The notes beneath the pieces are model-generated. The model did no database searches. It saw nothing but the letters and a program-made list of their open reading frames with translations, and was not told the origin of the DNA. This document shows, piece after piece, positions 26,212-35,176 of a stretch of 48,242 nucleotides of DNA. The DNA comes from Parcubacteria bacterium DG_74_3 (GTDB lineage Bacteria; Patescibacteriota; Minisyncoccia; Minisyncoccales; DG-74-3), in contig LJNG01000005.1 of assembly GCA_001302985.1 (NCBI GenBank), forward strand, positions 1 through 48,242. Reading direction: 5' to 3'. The position numbers were made by a program, and so were the translations under genes. Positions within the stretch are counted from its first letter, which is position 1; every line of letters begins with the position of its first letter.

Positions 26212-27639
26212 TCAATCTTCTTTTCCTGGCGGAGGGGCTTCAATTCCCATGGGCACTATCTGACAGATTCCTCCTATACACTTTGCTTTCAATCCAATAC
26301 ACCTAACGCTTATAGTGCCTGTCGGACCGCATCTTGGTTGGGGGCAATCGGCATCGGTTTCACACTCTTTTTCTTGACATTTTCCGTTATAGGCTATCAT
26401 AACACCAGCTAATCTGGCAAAACAGGCATTACTGTAGGTTTTTCCATTTGCCCCACAAACCGGGTCCCACAAGGTGATACAGACCTCCTCTTCTCCTGGC
26501 GGAGGGACTTCAATTCCTGGTGGGATTTCAACTTCAGCCGGAATAACGCATTCAAAAGAAATTATACAACCTGCGTTATCTCTTTTGGCCACAATTCTTC
26601 CTTCCTGGCAAAATCCAGAAACTGGTTTTTCGACCTCTGGACAATTTAATTCTTGATTTCCTTCTCTAATCCTTTCCAAAAGTCTTTCTCTTATTTGAAA
26701 AATTTGTTCTTTGAGCTCGGGTATTTCTTCTAATTCCGACCTTAAGCTTTCTAATATTTCAAGCTGTCTTTCTTTAAGGCCGCCGATTTTTTCTAAATAG
26801 TCTTTAAATCTTTCCTGGTCTTGAAGGGACATATTTTCCAGGTCTCCCTGAAGTCGTCTTAAAGCATTTTCCTGGGCTTTTCTAATAGCTTCTTTTGCTT
26901 GTTCAGGAACTTTATCTTCTAACTCTAAGAGCACTTCTAAGTTTTTAAAATTTTTATATTTAGAGCCTTCTATTCCTTCCATTTGTTCTTCTAATCTTTC
27001 TCTTATTTTTTCTCCTCTATCTTCAAGTTTTGTCATTACCTCAGCAAATTTCTCTAAATGTCTTTCCCTTGCTTGTCTGATTTTTTCCAACACTTCAGAA
27101 GGAACCTGGTTTTCTAATTTCTCTAAAAGCCTCTGGTGTAAGAGCTGGTGTTTTACAAACTTATCTAAAAACTCTTCTATCTCCGGGTTTTCCTGGGCCT
27201 TTTCTTTAATTTTTTCGGCTCTTTCTCTTATCCTCTCCATTTCTCTTTGATAGTTTTCTATCGCCTCTCTGATTTCTTCTGGGTCTCTTTCTGCCTGTAT
27301 CATTCTCTTGAGCTCCATCAACATTTCGTTAGCAAATCTTGCTCTTAGCTTTGCTTTGGCAATAGTATTTAAAGTGAAGAGCTCTTGGATTCCTCTACCC
27401 CAGTTTTTTAAAAAATAAAAAGGGCTATCAGGTAAAACTCTCGGTTCTCCAATTTCTAAATCTTCTGGCTCAACATCCTCATCAAGACTTACAGCCTCTA
27501 TTACTTCCTCACTCACCGAAGCAGGAGCCGTTATTAGCTCATTATCTGAAACTACTTCTTGAGCCAAAATTAGTCCAGAAAAAGAGAAGATAGTTGCTAA
27601 TACAAAAATTGAAAGAAAGCACCAGGTTATCTTTGTCAT
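26212..27639 (-). CDS. Secreted coiled-coil protein with a C-terminal Cys-rich region containing a Kazal-like module
   Basis: N-terminal signal/anchor, PDSPFYFLKNWGR motif (resembles DUF5667 as I recall it), a long E/K/R-rich helical region, and CITLWDPVCGANGKTYSNACFARLAGVMIAYNGKC. Confidence 0.6.
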   Translation of the reverse strand: MTKITWCFLSIFVLATIFSFSGLILAQEVVSDNELITAPASVSEEVIEAVSLDEDVEPEDLEIGEPRVLPDSPFYFLKNWGRGIQELFTLNTIAKAKLRARFANEMLMELKRMIQAERDPEEIREAIENYQREMERIRERAEKIKEKAQENPEIEEFLDKFVKHQLLHQRLLEKLENQVPSEVLEKIRQARERHLEKFAEVMTKLEDRGEKIRERLEEQMEGIEGSKYKNFKNLEVLLELEDKVPEQAKEAIRKAQENALRRLQGDLENMSLQDQERFKDYLEKIGGLKERQLEILESLRSELEEIPELKEQIFQIRERLLERIREGNQELNCPEVEKPVSGFCQEGRIVAKRDNAGCIISFECVIPAEVEIPPGIEVPPPGEEEVCITLWDPVCGANGKTYSNACFARLAGVMIAYNGKCQEKECETDADCPQPRCGPTGTISVRCIGLKAKCIGGICQIVPMGIEAPPPGKED

Positions 27640-27676
27640 GTTCTTTATTTAATTTAATTAATAGTTTTCTAGACCT

Positions 27677-29407
27677 TTATTTCTTTTCTTTTATTTCTTT
27701 TTTAACTTTTTCTATAAATTTCGTCAATTTTATAATCCCCACATCTCCCTTGTCTCTTTTTCTTATTCTGACCGATTTTGTTTTTATTTCTTTATCACCA
27801 ACTACTAACATATAGGGGATTTTTTGAACCTCTGCTTCTCGAATTTTTTTTGAGACCGTTTCAGCTTCTGTCCAAACTTCAGTTCTTAGGTTTTCTTCTT
27901 TTAATACTTTCCCGATTTCTTTGGCATATTTTCTATGTCTGGAACCTACCGGTATTACTACAAGTTGGATGGGTGATAACCACAAAGGAAAAGCACCTCC
28001 GTAATGCTCAATTAGGACTCCAATAAATCTCTCTAAAGAGCCCAAAAGAGCCCGATGAATCATAATCGGTCGTTTTTTCTGGCCCTTTTTGTTAATAAAG
28101 TTTAAATTAAATTTTTCTGGAAAATTAAAATCTACCTGAATTGTAGTTAATTGCCATTCCCTGCCTATTGTATCTTTTACTAAAAAGTCAATTTTGGGCC
28201 CGTAAAAAACAGCTTCTCCTAAATAACGTTTATAAGAAAGTTTTTTAGCTTTTAGAGCTTCTTCCAGGGCTTTCTCAGCCAAATTCCAGATTTTATTAGA
28301 CCCCAAATAATTCGTTTTCTTTTTAGGGTCACGAACCGAAAGAGAAACTTTAAATTCCTTGAAACCAAAACTTTTCAAAATATAAAGAGTTAAATCAATC
28401 ATGGATAAAAGTTCAGAATGTAATTGTTCAGGGGCACAAAAGAGGTGGGCATCGTCTTGAGTAAAGCCCCTAACTCTGGTCAGACCGTGCAATGTGCCTG
28501 ACCTTTCGTACCTGTAAACAGTTCCCATCTCGGTGAATCTTAGGGGTAAATCCCTGTAAGACCTTATTTTAGAATTATAAATTTTGACGTGTCCCGGACA
28601 ATTCATAGGTTTTATCATATAGAATTCCTTTTCTACCTTAATAGGAGAATACATGCTCTCTCGATAGAAATCCCAGTGACCAGATCTTTTCCAGAGCTGC
28701 AAATTAGCAATGTGGGGTGTGGCTACCAGCTTATAACCCCTTTCCAGATAAGCATTTAGGGCAAAATCCATAATAATCTTTCTGAGAATAGCTCCCTTAG
28801 GAAGCCACAAGGGTAGTCCCGAACCAAATTCTTCGTCAATGAGGAACAGTTCCAATTTCTTTCCCAAAACCCTATGGTCTCTTTTTTCAGCTTCTGCTTC
28901 TCTTTCGAGAAATTTTTTTAATTCTTCCTCTGTATTAAAGGCTACTCCATAAATTCTGGTTAACATTGGGTTTTTTTCATCACCTCGCCAATAAGCTCCG
29001 GCAATTTTAGTTATTTTGAAACCCTTGATTGGAATTTCTTTTGTGGATTTTACATGAGGTCCCTGACAGAGGTCGAGGAAATTTCCACTTTCGTATACCG
29101 TAATCTTTTCTCCCGACATTTCCTTGATTAACTCTAACTTATAGGGCTGGTTCTGAAAAATTTTTTGGGCTTCTTTTTTCGAAACCCCCCTTTTCTTAAA
29201 AGATAAATTCTGCTTTATAATTTGACGCATTTTATCTTCTATTTTAGGAAGGTCTCCTGGGGTTAAACTTTGAGATAAATCAAAATCATAATAGAAGCCA
29301 TTTTCAATAGCAGGCCCAATTCCAAATTTAACCCCGGGAAAGAGCTCTTGAACTATCTGAGCCATTATATGAGATAAAGAATGACGAATTGTTTCAATTT
29401 TAGCCAT
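27677..29407 (-). CDS. thrS: Threonyl-tRNA synthetase lacking the N-terminal TGS domain
   Basis: 576 aa. It starts in the editing (SAD) domain (RHSLSHIMA, DLCQGPHV), followed by the class II core and anticodon-binding domain. Confidence 0.92.
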   Translation of the reverse strand: MAKIETIRHSLSHIMAQIVQELFPGVKFGIGPAIENGFYYDFDLSQSLTPGDLPKIEDKMRQIIKQNLSFKKRGVSKKEAQKIFQNQPYKLELIKEMSGEKITVYESGNFLDLCQGPHVKSTKEIPIKGFKITKIAGAYWRGDEKNPMLTRIYGVAFNTEEELKKFLEREAEAEKRDHRVLGKKLELFLIDEEFGSGLPLWLPKGAILRKIIMDFALNAYLERGYKLVATPHIANLQLWKRSGHWDFYRESMYSPIKVEKEFYMIKPMNCPGHVKIYNSKIRSYRDLPLRFTEMGTVYRYERSGTLHGLTRVRGFTQDDAHLFCAPEQLHSELLSMIDLTLYILKSFGFKEFKVSLSVRDPKKKTNYLGSNKIWNLAEKALEEALKAKKLSYKRYLGEAVFYGPKIDFLVKDTIGREWQLTTIQVDFNFPEKFNLNFINKKGQKKRPIMIHRALLGSLERFIGVLIEHYGGAFPLWLSPIQLVVIPVGSRHRKYAKEIGKVLKEENLRTEVWTEAETVSKKIREAEVQKIPYMLVVGDKEIKTKSVRIRKRDKGDVGIIKLTKFIEKVKKEIKEKK

Positions 29408-29486
29408 TTTTTTTAATTAATTAATTTTATCATAAAAAGACTTGACCTTTTACCCCCACTTAACTTTTTGGGAAGGCGCTGAGCTT

Positions 29487-29563
29487 AAATAAAAAACCTC
29501 TTTTTGACAAAGAGCTAGTTGGGGAATAAATTGAAAGCTCCTCAACTAGCCTAAAAAGAGGTT
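29487..29563 (-). terminator. Attenuator terminator in the thrS leader
   Basis: Minus strand: AACCTCTTTTT-ag-GCTAGTTGAGG..loop..CCCCAACTAGC-tctttgtc-AAAAAGAGGTT followed by TTTTATTT, ending 80 nt upstream of the thrS ATG. Confidence 0.7.
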
Positions 29564-29604
29564 GTGGTGGTAGTGGTAGTTAAATTTTTTAGGAATTTCA
29601 TCAT
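29551..29604 (-). CDS. Candidate thrS leader peptide MMKFLKNLTTTTTTTSF
   Basis: ATG ATG AAA TTC CTA AAA AAT TTA ACT ACC ACT ACC ACC ACA ACC TCT TTT TAG. The last codons overlap the 5' arm of the terminator. Confidence 0.65.
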   Translation of the reverse strand: MMKFLKNLTTTTTTTSF

Positions 29605-29612
29605 CTTTTTTT

Positions 29613-29641
29613 AATTTAAAGAATTCAGAACCCATTGTCAA
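29613..29641 (-). promoter_or_regulatory. Sigma70-like promoter for the thrS leader
   Basis: TTGACA (29641-29636), 17 nt, TAAATT (29618-29613). Only 8 nt separate the -10 from the leader ATG. Confidence 0.6.
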
Positions 29642-29702
29642 GGTTTATCTGGAGAAGAATTTTGACAAGATTGCAGAGAAAGTCGAAATTTCTTTGCTGG
29701 GT

Positions 29703-32700
29703 TTATATTTCCATAATTTCTTCTATGTTCTCACAAATGATTTTAGGAGCTCCGCCATAGGAATCAACCTTGCCCGTAACAAAAACGATTTTATTTTCCT
29801 GAAAAGCTGTGGGGTTTTTTTCAATTACTCCCGGAAAGACCACAACCTCTATTTTATCGGTTAAATCTTCTAAATTCATAAAAAGCATGGGTTTACCTCG
29901 TTTCGTTAAAATCTTTTTAATAGAAGAGACAATTCCTCCAACCCTTATTTTCTGAACAAAAAGTCCTTGTTTTAAGTCTTTAAGAGGCAGAGTCTTTTTT
30001 TCCAAAACCTCTTTAAATTCTTCCAGAGGATGAGAAGAAACATAAAGACCTAAAAGTTCTTTTTCCCAGATTAATTTTTGGGATAAAGAAGCAGGTTCCA
30101 CCTCTTTTAATTTTAAAAATGGTTGAGAGATTGAACTTCCCTCAAATAGATTTTTTTGGGAAGAGTTGTTTTCCCGACCGAGATTGCGATTAAACTCTAA
30201 GATTTTTTCGATATTTGTGAGCAATTTGTTTCTTTCTTCAAATTGGTCAAAAACCCCGGCTTTAATTAAACTCTCTAAGGATTTTTTGTTTACGGTTCTA
30301 GAATCAAGTCTGTAGATAAAATCATCCATCGACTTAAAATTATTCCTGTTTTTTCTCTCTGAGAGCACGGATTCAACAACATTATTTCCCACGTTTTTAA
30401 TTGCTAATAATCCGAAGCGAATCTTGTTTTCTTTTGGTATTACCGAGAAATTTCTAAAGCTTTCGTTAATGTCCGGTGATAAAACCTCAATTCCCATTTT
30501 TTTACATTCTTCAATTAAAAATCCTATTCTTTCAACATCTCCCTTTTCAGAGGTCAAAAGAGCTGACATAAATTCTATTGGAAAATGGGTTTTTAAGTAG
30601 GCTGTTTGATAGGCAATGGAAGCATAAGAACAAGAATGGGCTCGATTAAATCCATATCTGGCAAAGGGTAAAACCCAGGCCCAAAGACCTTGAGCTACCT
30701 TTTTTTCAACTCCATTTTTTATCATCCCCTTGATAAATTTTTCTTTTTGGGCCAAAAGAAGACTCTTTATTTTTTTACCTACTGCTTTTCTTAAGATATC
30801 GGCCTCTGCTAAAGAAAAGCCGGCTAACTGTTGAGCAATTTGCATCACCTGTTCTTGATAAACACAAATTCCACAGGTGGGTTCTAAAATCACTTTTAGT
30901 TTGGGGTGCAAATATTCAATCTTTTTTCTTTTATGCTTCCTTTCAATATATTCCGGGATTAGAGACATGGGTCCTGGGCGATAGAGGGCAATCATGGCAA
31001 CAATATCTTCAAACTCAGTGGGTTTTAGTTGTTGGAGATATCTTCGCATGCCACCTGACTCTAATTGAAAGACACCTACTGTTTCGCCAGCCTGTAATAA
31101 TTTAAAAGTTTTTCTATCGTCTGGAGGTAGAGATTCAATATCAATTTTTTTGTCTTGTACTACATAAATTCGAGATAAAGTATCTTCAATGATAGTCAGG
31201 TTTTTTAGTCCCAAAAGGTCAATTTTTAACAGTCCCAAATCTTCAACCGAATGCATCTCATATTGAGTAACAATGGCTTCATCGTCTTGAGTGGGGTGCT
31301 GTAGGGGCACAACATTATCTAGGGGCTCCTTTGAGATGACTATTCCGCAAGCATGGGTAGATGCATGACGGGCTCTTCCCTCTAACCTTTTGGCATAATC
31401 AATTAACTTCTTTGTATTTTCATCGGTTTCATAGGCCTGACGAAGCTCGCTGACCTTTTCTAAGCTTTCCTTAAGAGTGAATCCGAAAGGAATGAGTTTA
31501 GCTACCCTATCACAGAAGCTATAAGAAAGACCCAAAGCGCGACCAACGTCCCTAACCACTGCCCTGGCTGCCATGGTACCGAAAGTGATGATTTGAGCTA
31601 CCTTATCTTGTCCGTATTTTTGGGTAATGTATTCAATTACCTCATTTCTTCTTCGGTCTGTAAAGTCAAGGTCAATGTCTGGCATGGAAATACGGGAAGG
31701 ATTTAAAAATCTTTCAAACAAAAGATTGTATTTTAGGGGGTCAACATTGGTAATGCCTAAAGCATAAGCAACAATGGAGCCCGCCACACTTCCTCTACCC
31801 GGTCCCACCACAATTCTATTTTCTTTTGCCCAATTGACAAAATCCTGAACAATCAAAAAATAGGCCACAAAACCCATTTTTTCAATTAGAGAAAGCTCAT
31901 AATTCAGCCTTTCCATTGCCTCTTTTGAAGGAAAGGTTCCATATCTTCTTTTAACTCCAACTTGACACAGCTCTCTTAAATATTCTTTTGGTGTTTTATT
32001 GTCCGGTACCTCAAAATAGGGAAGTCTGGTTTCGCCTAAATTAAATTCGAAATGGCAGGCCTCTACTATTTTCTGGGTATTCTCAATGGCTTGAGGTAAA
32101 TCTTCAAAATCTTTTATCATTTGCTCCTTGCTTCTTAGGGAGAAATCGTCTTCTCTGAGGGTCAGTCTTTCTGGGTCATTTGGGTCAGCCCCGGTATTAA
32201 TCAGCATTAAAATATCTTGGGCTTCTGCGTCTTCTGGTTTTAGATAATGAACATCATTTGTAGCCACTAAAGGAATGCCATATTTTTTAGATATAGAGAC
32301 CAGAGCTTTATTAACAATTCTTTGATCTTGAGAGTTAGGGTGGTGCTGAACTTCTAAATAAAAATTATCTTTTCCGAAAATTTCTTGATAATGGAGAGCC
32401 ATTTTTTCCGCTTTTTCTATTTTTTTGGCTAATATTAATTTTGGAATTCTTCCTGCCAGGCAAGCCGAGGTGCAAATTAATCCCTCCGAATGCTTGACCA
32501 ATAACTCTTTATCAATTCTCGGTTTATAATAAAAGCCCTTCAGGTGGGCTTCGGTGATTAGTTTTACTAAATTTTTGTAGCCTTTTTCGTTTTTGACCAA
32601 TAAAATTAAATGATACCTCTGGTCGTCTATATTTGGTCTTTTTTGGAGCATTCCCTCATAAGCTAAATACATTTCAGCTCCAATTATTGGCTTTATCTCT

Positions 32701-32873
32701 CTCTTTTTTGCTTCCTTATAAAATTCGACTGCTCCATATAGGTTCCCATGGTCGGTCAGGGCAACCGCCTCCATATTCTGCTCCTTGACATAATCTAAAA
32801 GTTCATTTATCTTGGGCAAACCGTCTAACAAGCTATAGTGAGAGTGAACGTGGAGGTGGGTAAATTTTGTCAT
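29703..32873 (-). CDS. dnaE: DNA polymerase III alpha subunit
   Basis: 1056 aa with a PHP domain (HLHVHSHYSLLDG) followed by polymerase core and OB regions. Confidence 0.93.
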   Translation of the reverse strand: MTKFTHLHVHSHYSLLDGLPKINELLDYVKEQNMEAVALTDHGNLYGAVEFYKEAKKREIKPIIGAEMYLAYEGMLQKRPNIDDQRYHLILLVKNEKGYKNLVKLITEAHLKGFYYKPRIDKELLVKHSEGLICTSACLAGRIPKLILAKKIEKAEKMALHYQEIFGKDNFYLEVQHHPNSQDQRIVNKALVSISKKYGIPLVATNDVHYLKPEDAEAQDILMLINTGADPNDPERLTLREDDFSLRSKEQMIKDFEDLPQAIENTQKIVEACHFEFNLGETRLPYFEVPDNKTPKEYLRELCQVGVKRRYGTFPSKEAMERLNYELSLIEKMGFVAYFLIVQDFVNWAKENRIVVGPGRGSVAGSIVAYALGITNVDPLKYNLLFERFLNPSRISMPDIDLDFTDRRRNEVIEYITQKYGQDKVAQIITFGTMAARAVVRDVGRALGLSYSFCDRVAKLIPFGFTLKESLEKVSELRQAYETDENTKKLIDYAKRLEGRARHASTHACGIVISKEPLDNVVPLQHPTQDDEAIVTQYEMHSVEDLGLLKIDLLGLKNLTIIEDTLSRIYVVQDKKIDIESLPPDDRKTFKLLQAGETVGVFQLESGGMRRYLQQLKPTEFEDIVAMIALYRPGPMSLIPEYIERKHKRKKIEYLHPKLKVILEPTCGICVYQEQVMQIAQQLAGFSLAEADILRKAVGKKIKSLLLAQKEKFIKGMIKNGVEKKVAQGLWAWVLPFARYGFNRAHSCSYASIAYQTAYLKTHFPIEFMSALLTSEKGDVERIGFLIEECKKMGIEVLSPDINESFRNFSVIPKENKIRFGLLAIKNVGNNVVESVLSERKNRNNFKSMDDFIYRLDSRTVNKKSLESLIKAGVFDQFEERNKLLTNIEKILEFNRNLGRENNSSQKNLFEGSSISQPFLKLKEVEPASLSQKLIWEKELLGLYVSSHPLEEFKEVLEKKTLPLKDLKQGLFVQKIRVGGIVSSIKKILTKRGKPMLFMNLEDLTDKIEVVVFPGVIEKNPTAFQENKIVFVTGKVDSYGGAPKIICENIEEIMEI

Positions 32874-32951
32874 AAGAAGCTCAAATCTTAAAAAGTATTA
32901 CATCATTTTACTTTCTCTCTCAAAGCAAGTCAAATATGATATGATGAAAAA

Positions 32952-33608
32952 ATGAAGTTTCCCAATTTTAAAGAAGAAAAAAAATTAAAAAAGAAAGGTT
33001 TCCGGGTAATTGCCGGGCTGGACGAGGCAGGAAGAGGTCCCTTGGCAGGCCCGGTAATGGCAGCTGCTGTAATAATTAGAAAGTTTGCCACCTCTAACCC
33101 TCAATTTTTAGAAATTAAAGACTCAAAAAAAATTTCTCCCCCCAAAAGGGAAATACTTTATAATTTTTTAACCAAAAATTCCAATATAGAATGGGCAACG
33201 GGCAAGGTTTCAGAAAAGATTATCGATAAAATTAATATCCTGGAAGCGACAAAATTGGCGATGAAGAAAGCGGTTATCAATTTAGATAATAAACTCAAAC
33301 TTACAGATAACAGAAAAAACATTGATTTTTTAATTTTAGATGGAAATATGGAAATTAATTGTTTAATTCCCCAAAAAGCAATAAAGAAAGCAGACAATAA
33401 AGTTTTTTCTTGTGCCGCAGCTTCGATTATTGCCAAGGTAAAAAGAGACAGATTAATGAAAAGATATCATAAAAAATATTTTGAATATGGTTTTAACGCC
33501 CATAAAGGATATGCCACAAAACTGCATCGAGAAATGTTAGAAAAATACGGACCATGCAAAATCCATAGAAAGACATTTAAACCCGTAAAAGACACCTTGT
33601 CAAAATAA
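32952..33608 (+). CDS. rnhB: Ribonuclease HII
   Basis: 218 aa, GLDEAGRGPLAGPVMAAAV. Confidence 0.9.
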   Translation: MKFPNFKEEKKLKKKGFRVIAGLDEAGRGPLAGPVMAAAVIIRKFATSNPQFLEIKDSKKISPPKREILYNFLTKNSNIEWATGKVSEKIIDKINILEATKLAMKKAVINLDNKLKLTDNRKNIDFLILDGNMEINCLIPQKAIKKADNKVFSCAAASIIAKVKRDRLMKRYHKKYFEYGFNAHKGYATKLHREMLEKYGPCKIHRKTFKPVKDTLSK

Positions 33609-33673
33609 TTTTTATTTGTTATCCTTAATATCAGTTTTAAGTTTAACTGAGTCGCCAAGGGTGACGAAGGAAT

Positions 33674-33970
33674 ATGGCCGTTCCCAGAAGCAAGCATACC
33701 AAAGCGAGAAGGAACAAAAGAAGAATGCAGATTAGACTGGATGTCCCCTCGTTAGTTCCTTGCCCGAGGTGTGGTAAACCCAAAAGACCCCACACCATTT
33801 GTTTGAATTGCGGATATTACAGGGGTAGGGAGGTGTTAGACGTTCTAGGCCAACTAAGCAAAAAAGAAAGAAAGAAGAGAGAAAAAGAGATAAAAGCTAA
33901 AGAAAAAGAGGCCGGAGGAAAAGAAACTCCAAAAAAGCCTTTAAGCTGGGGAGAACTTTCTAAAAGATAA
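33674..33970 (+). CDS. rpmF: Ribosomal protein L32 with a K/E-rich C-terminal extension
   Basis: [17 protein letters not shown].., CPRC..CLNC zinc form. 98 aa versus about 60 typical. Confidence 0.88.
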   Translation: MAVPRSKHTKARRNKRRMQIRLDVPSLVPCPRCGKPKRPHTICLNCGYYRGREVLDVLGQLSKKERKKREKEIKAKEKEAGGKETPKKPLSWGELSKR

Positions 33971-33971
33971 T

Positions 33972-34397
33972 ATGTCAAGCAGACACTTATCTCGTTCAAT
34001 TGCCATGCAATCTCTCTACGAGTGGGATTTTTTAGATAAAAAACAGGATTTGAAAAAGATTATTGAGAAGAACATTCGAGAGTTCGGACCGGGCTTAGAA
34101 AATCACAAGTTTATCTGGCAATTAGTGATAGGAGTTGTAAAACACCTTTCTGAAATCGATAAAATTATCGAAAAAGCAGCCCCGGAATGGCCACTTCAAC
34201 AAATCAACATTGTTGATAGAAATGTTTTGAGAATCGGTCTTTATGAACTATTATTCGGAAGTAAAAAAGAGGTGCCTCCAAAAGTAGCAATTAATGAAGC
34301 CATTGAATTAGCCAAAAGCTTTGGCGGAATGTCTTCGGGTAGATTCGTTAATGGAGTTTTAGGCACCATCTATAAAGAAATAGATAAACCTAAATAA
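33972..34397 (+). CDS. nusB: Transcription antitermination factor NusB
   Basis: 141 aa, [17 protein letters not shown].., ..[19 protein letters not shown]. Confidence 0.88.
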   Translation: MSSRHLSRSIAMQSLYEWDFLDKKQDLKKIIEKNIREFGPGLENHKFIWQLVIGVVKHLSEIDKIIEKAAPEWPLQQINIVDRNVLRIGLYELLFGSKKEVPPKVAINEAIELAKSFGGMSSGRFVNGVLGTIYKEIDKPK

Positions 34398-34454
34398 CAA
34401 GGAACAGGAAATAGGGAACAAAAAGGTTGGTTGTTTCTTGCTACTTGTTTCTTG
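34398..34454 (+). promoter_or_regulatory. Long imperfect hairpin immediately upstream of rnc
   Basis: CAAGGAACAGGAAATAGGGAACAA (34398-34421) pairs with TTGTTTCTTGCTACTTGTTTCTTG (34431-34454): 22 of 24 positions counting G:U, 9-nt loop. It ends 12 nt before the rnc GTG. Confidence 0.6.
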
Positions 34455-34465
34455 TTTCATGATTT

Positions 34466-35155
34466 GTGAAAGACTTTTCACTTCTTGAAAAGAAAATAGA
34501 TATTCAATTTAAGAACAGAGACCTTTTAATTCAGGCTTTTTGTCACCGCTCATTTTTAAATGAAAATCCTGATTTTTATTTAAGTCACAACGAAAGACTT
34601 GAATTCCTGGGAGATGCGGTTTTGGAGTTAATTGTTACCGAATATTTATATCAAAAATATCCAAAGAAATCAGAAGGCGAACTCACCAGTTGGCGAGCTG
34701 CCCTGGTGAATGCCAGGCAGCTTTCCAAAACAGCCAGGAGATTGGGCTTCAACGATTTTTTATTACTTTCTCGAGGAGAAGCCAAAGAACTAGGGAAGGC
34801 CAGAAGATATATTTTAGCCAATGTTTCTGAAGCCGTTATTGGAGCAATTTATCTTGATTCGGGATATAAGACAGCCAAAGAATTTACCCAAAAACATTTA
34901 ATTAAAGACTTATCTCACATAATTGAAGCAGGTCTTTTCAGAAGTTCTAAATCCCATTTTCAAGAAGAAGCCCAAGAAAGAACTGGAATTACTCCTACCT
35001 ACAAAGTTTTAAAAGAATGGGGTCCGGACCATGCTCGCTATTTCGTTATTGGCATATTTCTCGATAAAGAATTAGTTGCTACCGGCGAGGGCTCCTCCAA
35101 ACAGGAGGCCGAAGAAGAAGCAGCCCAAAAAGCCCTAAAAACAAAAAACTGGTAA
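34466..35155 (+). CDS. rnc: Ribonuclease III (GTG start)
   Basis: 229 aa, ..HRSFLNE..NERLEFLGDAVLE.. plus a C-terminal dsRBD. Confidence 0.92.
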   Translation: MKDFSLLEKKIDIQFKNRDLLIQAFCHRSFLNENPDFYLSHNERLEFLGDAVLELIVTEYLYQKYPKKSEGELTSWRAALVNARQLSKTARRLGFNDFLLLSRGEAKELGKARRYILANVSEAVIGAIYLDSGYKTAKEFTQKHLIKDLSHIIEAGLFRSSKSHFQEEAQERTGITPTYKVLKEWGPDHARYFVIGIFLDKELVATGEGSSKQEAEEEAAQKALKTKNW

Positions 35156-35176
35156 AATTTTCTATATTCTATTCAT

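Noticed and set aside
29408-29700. T-box riboswitch or E. coli-type translational operator as the thrS leader.
   Set aside because: I found no T-box core (AGGGUGGNACCGCG-like) and no specifier-loop architecture, and no anticodon-arm mimic next to the thrS start. The short Thr-codon ORF overlapping a terminator fits peptide-mediated attenuation better.
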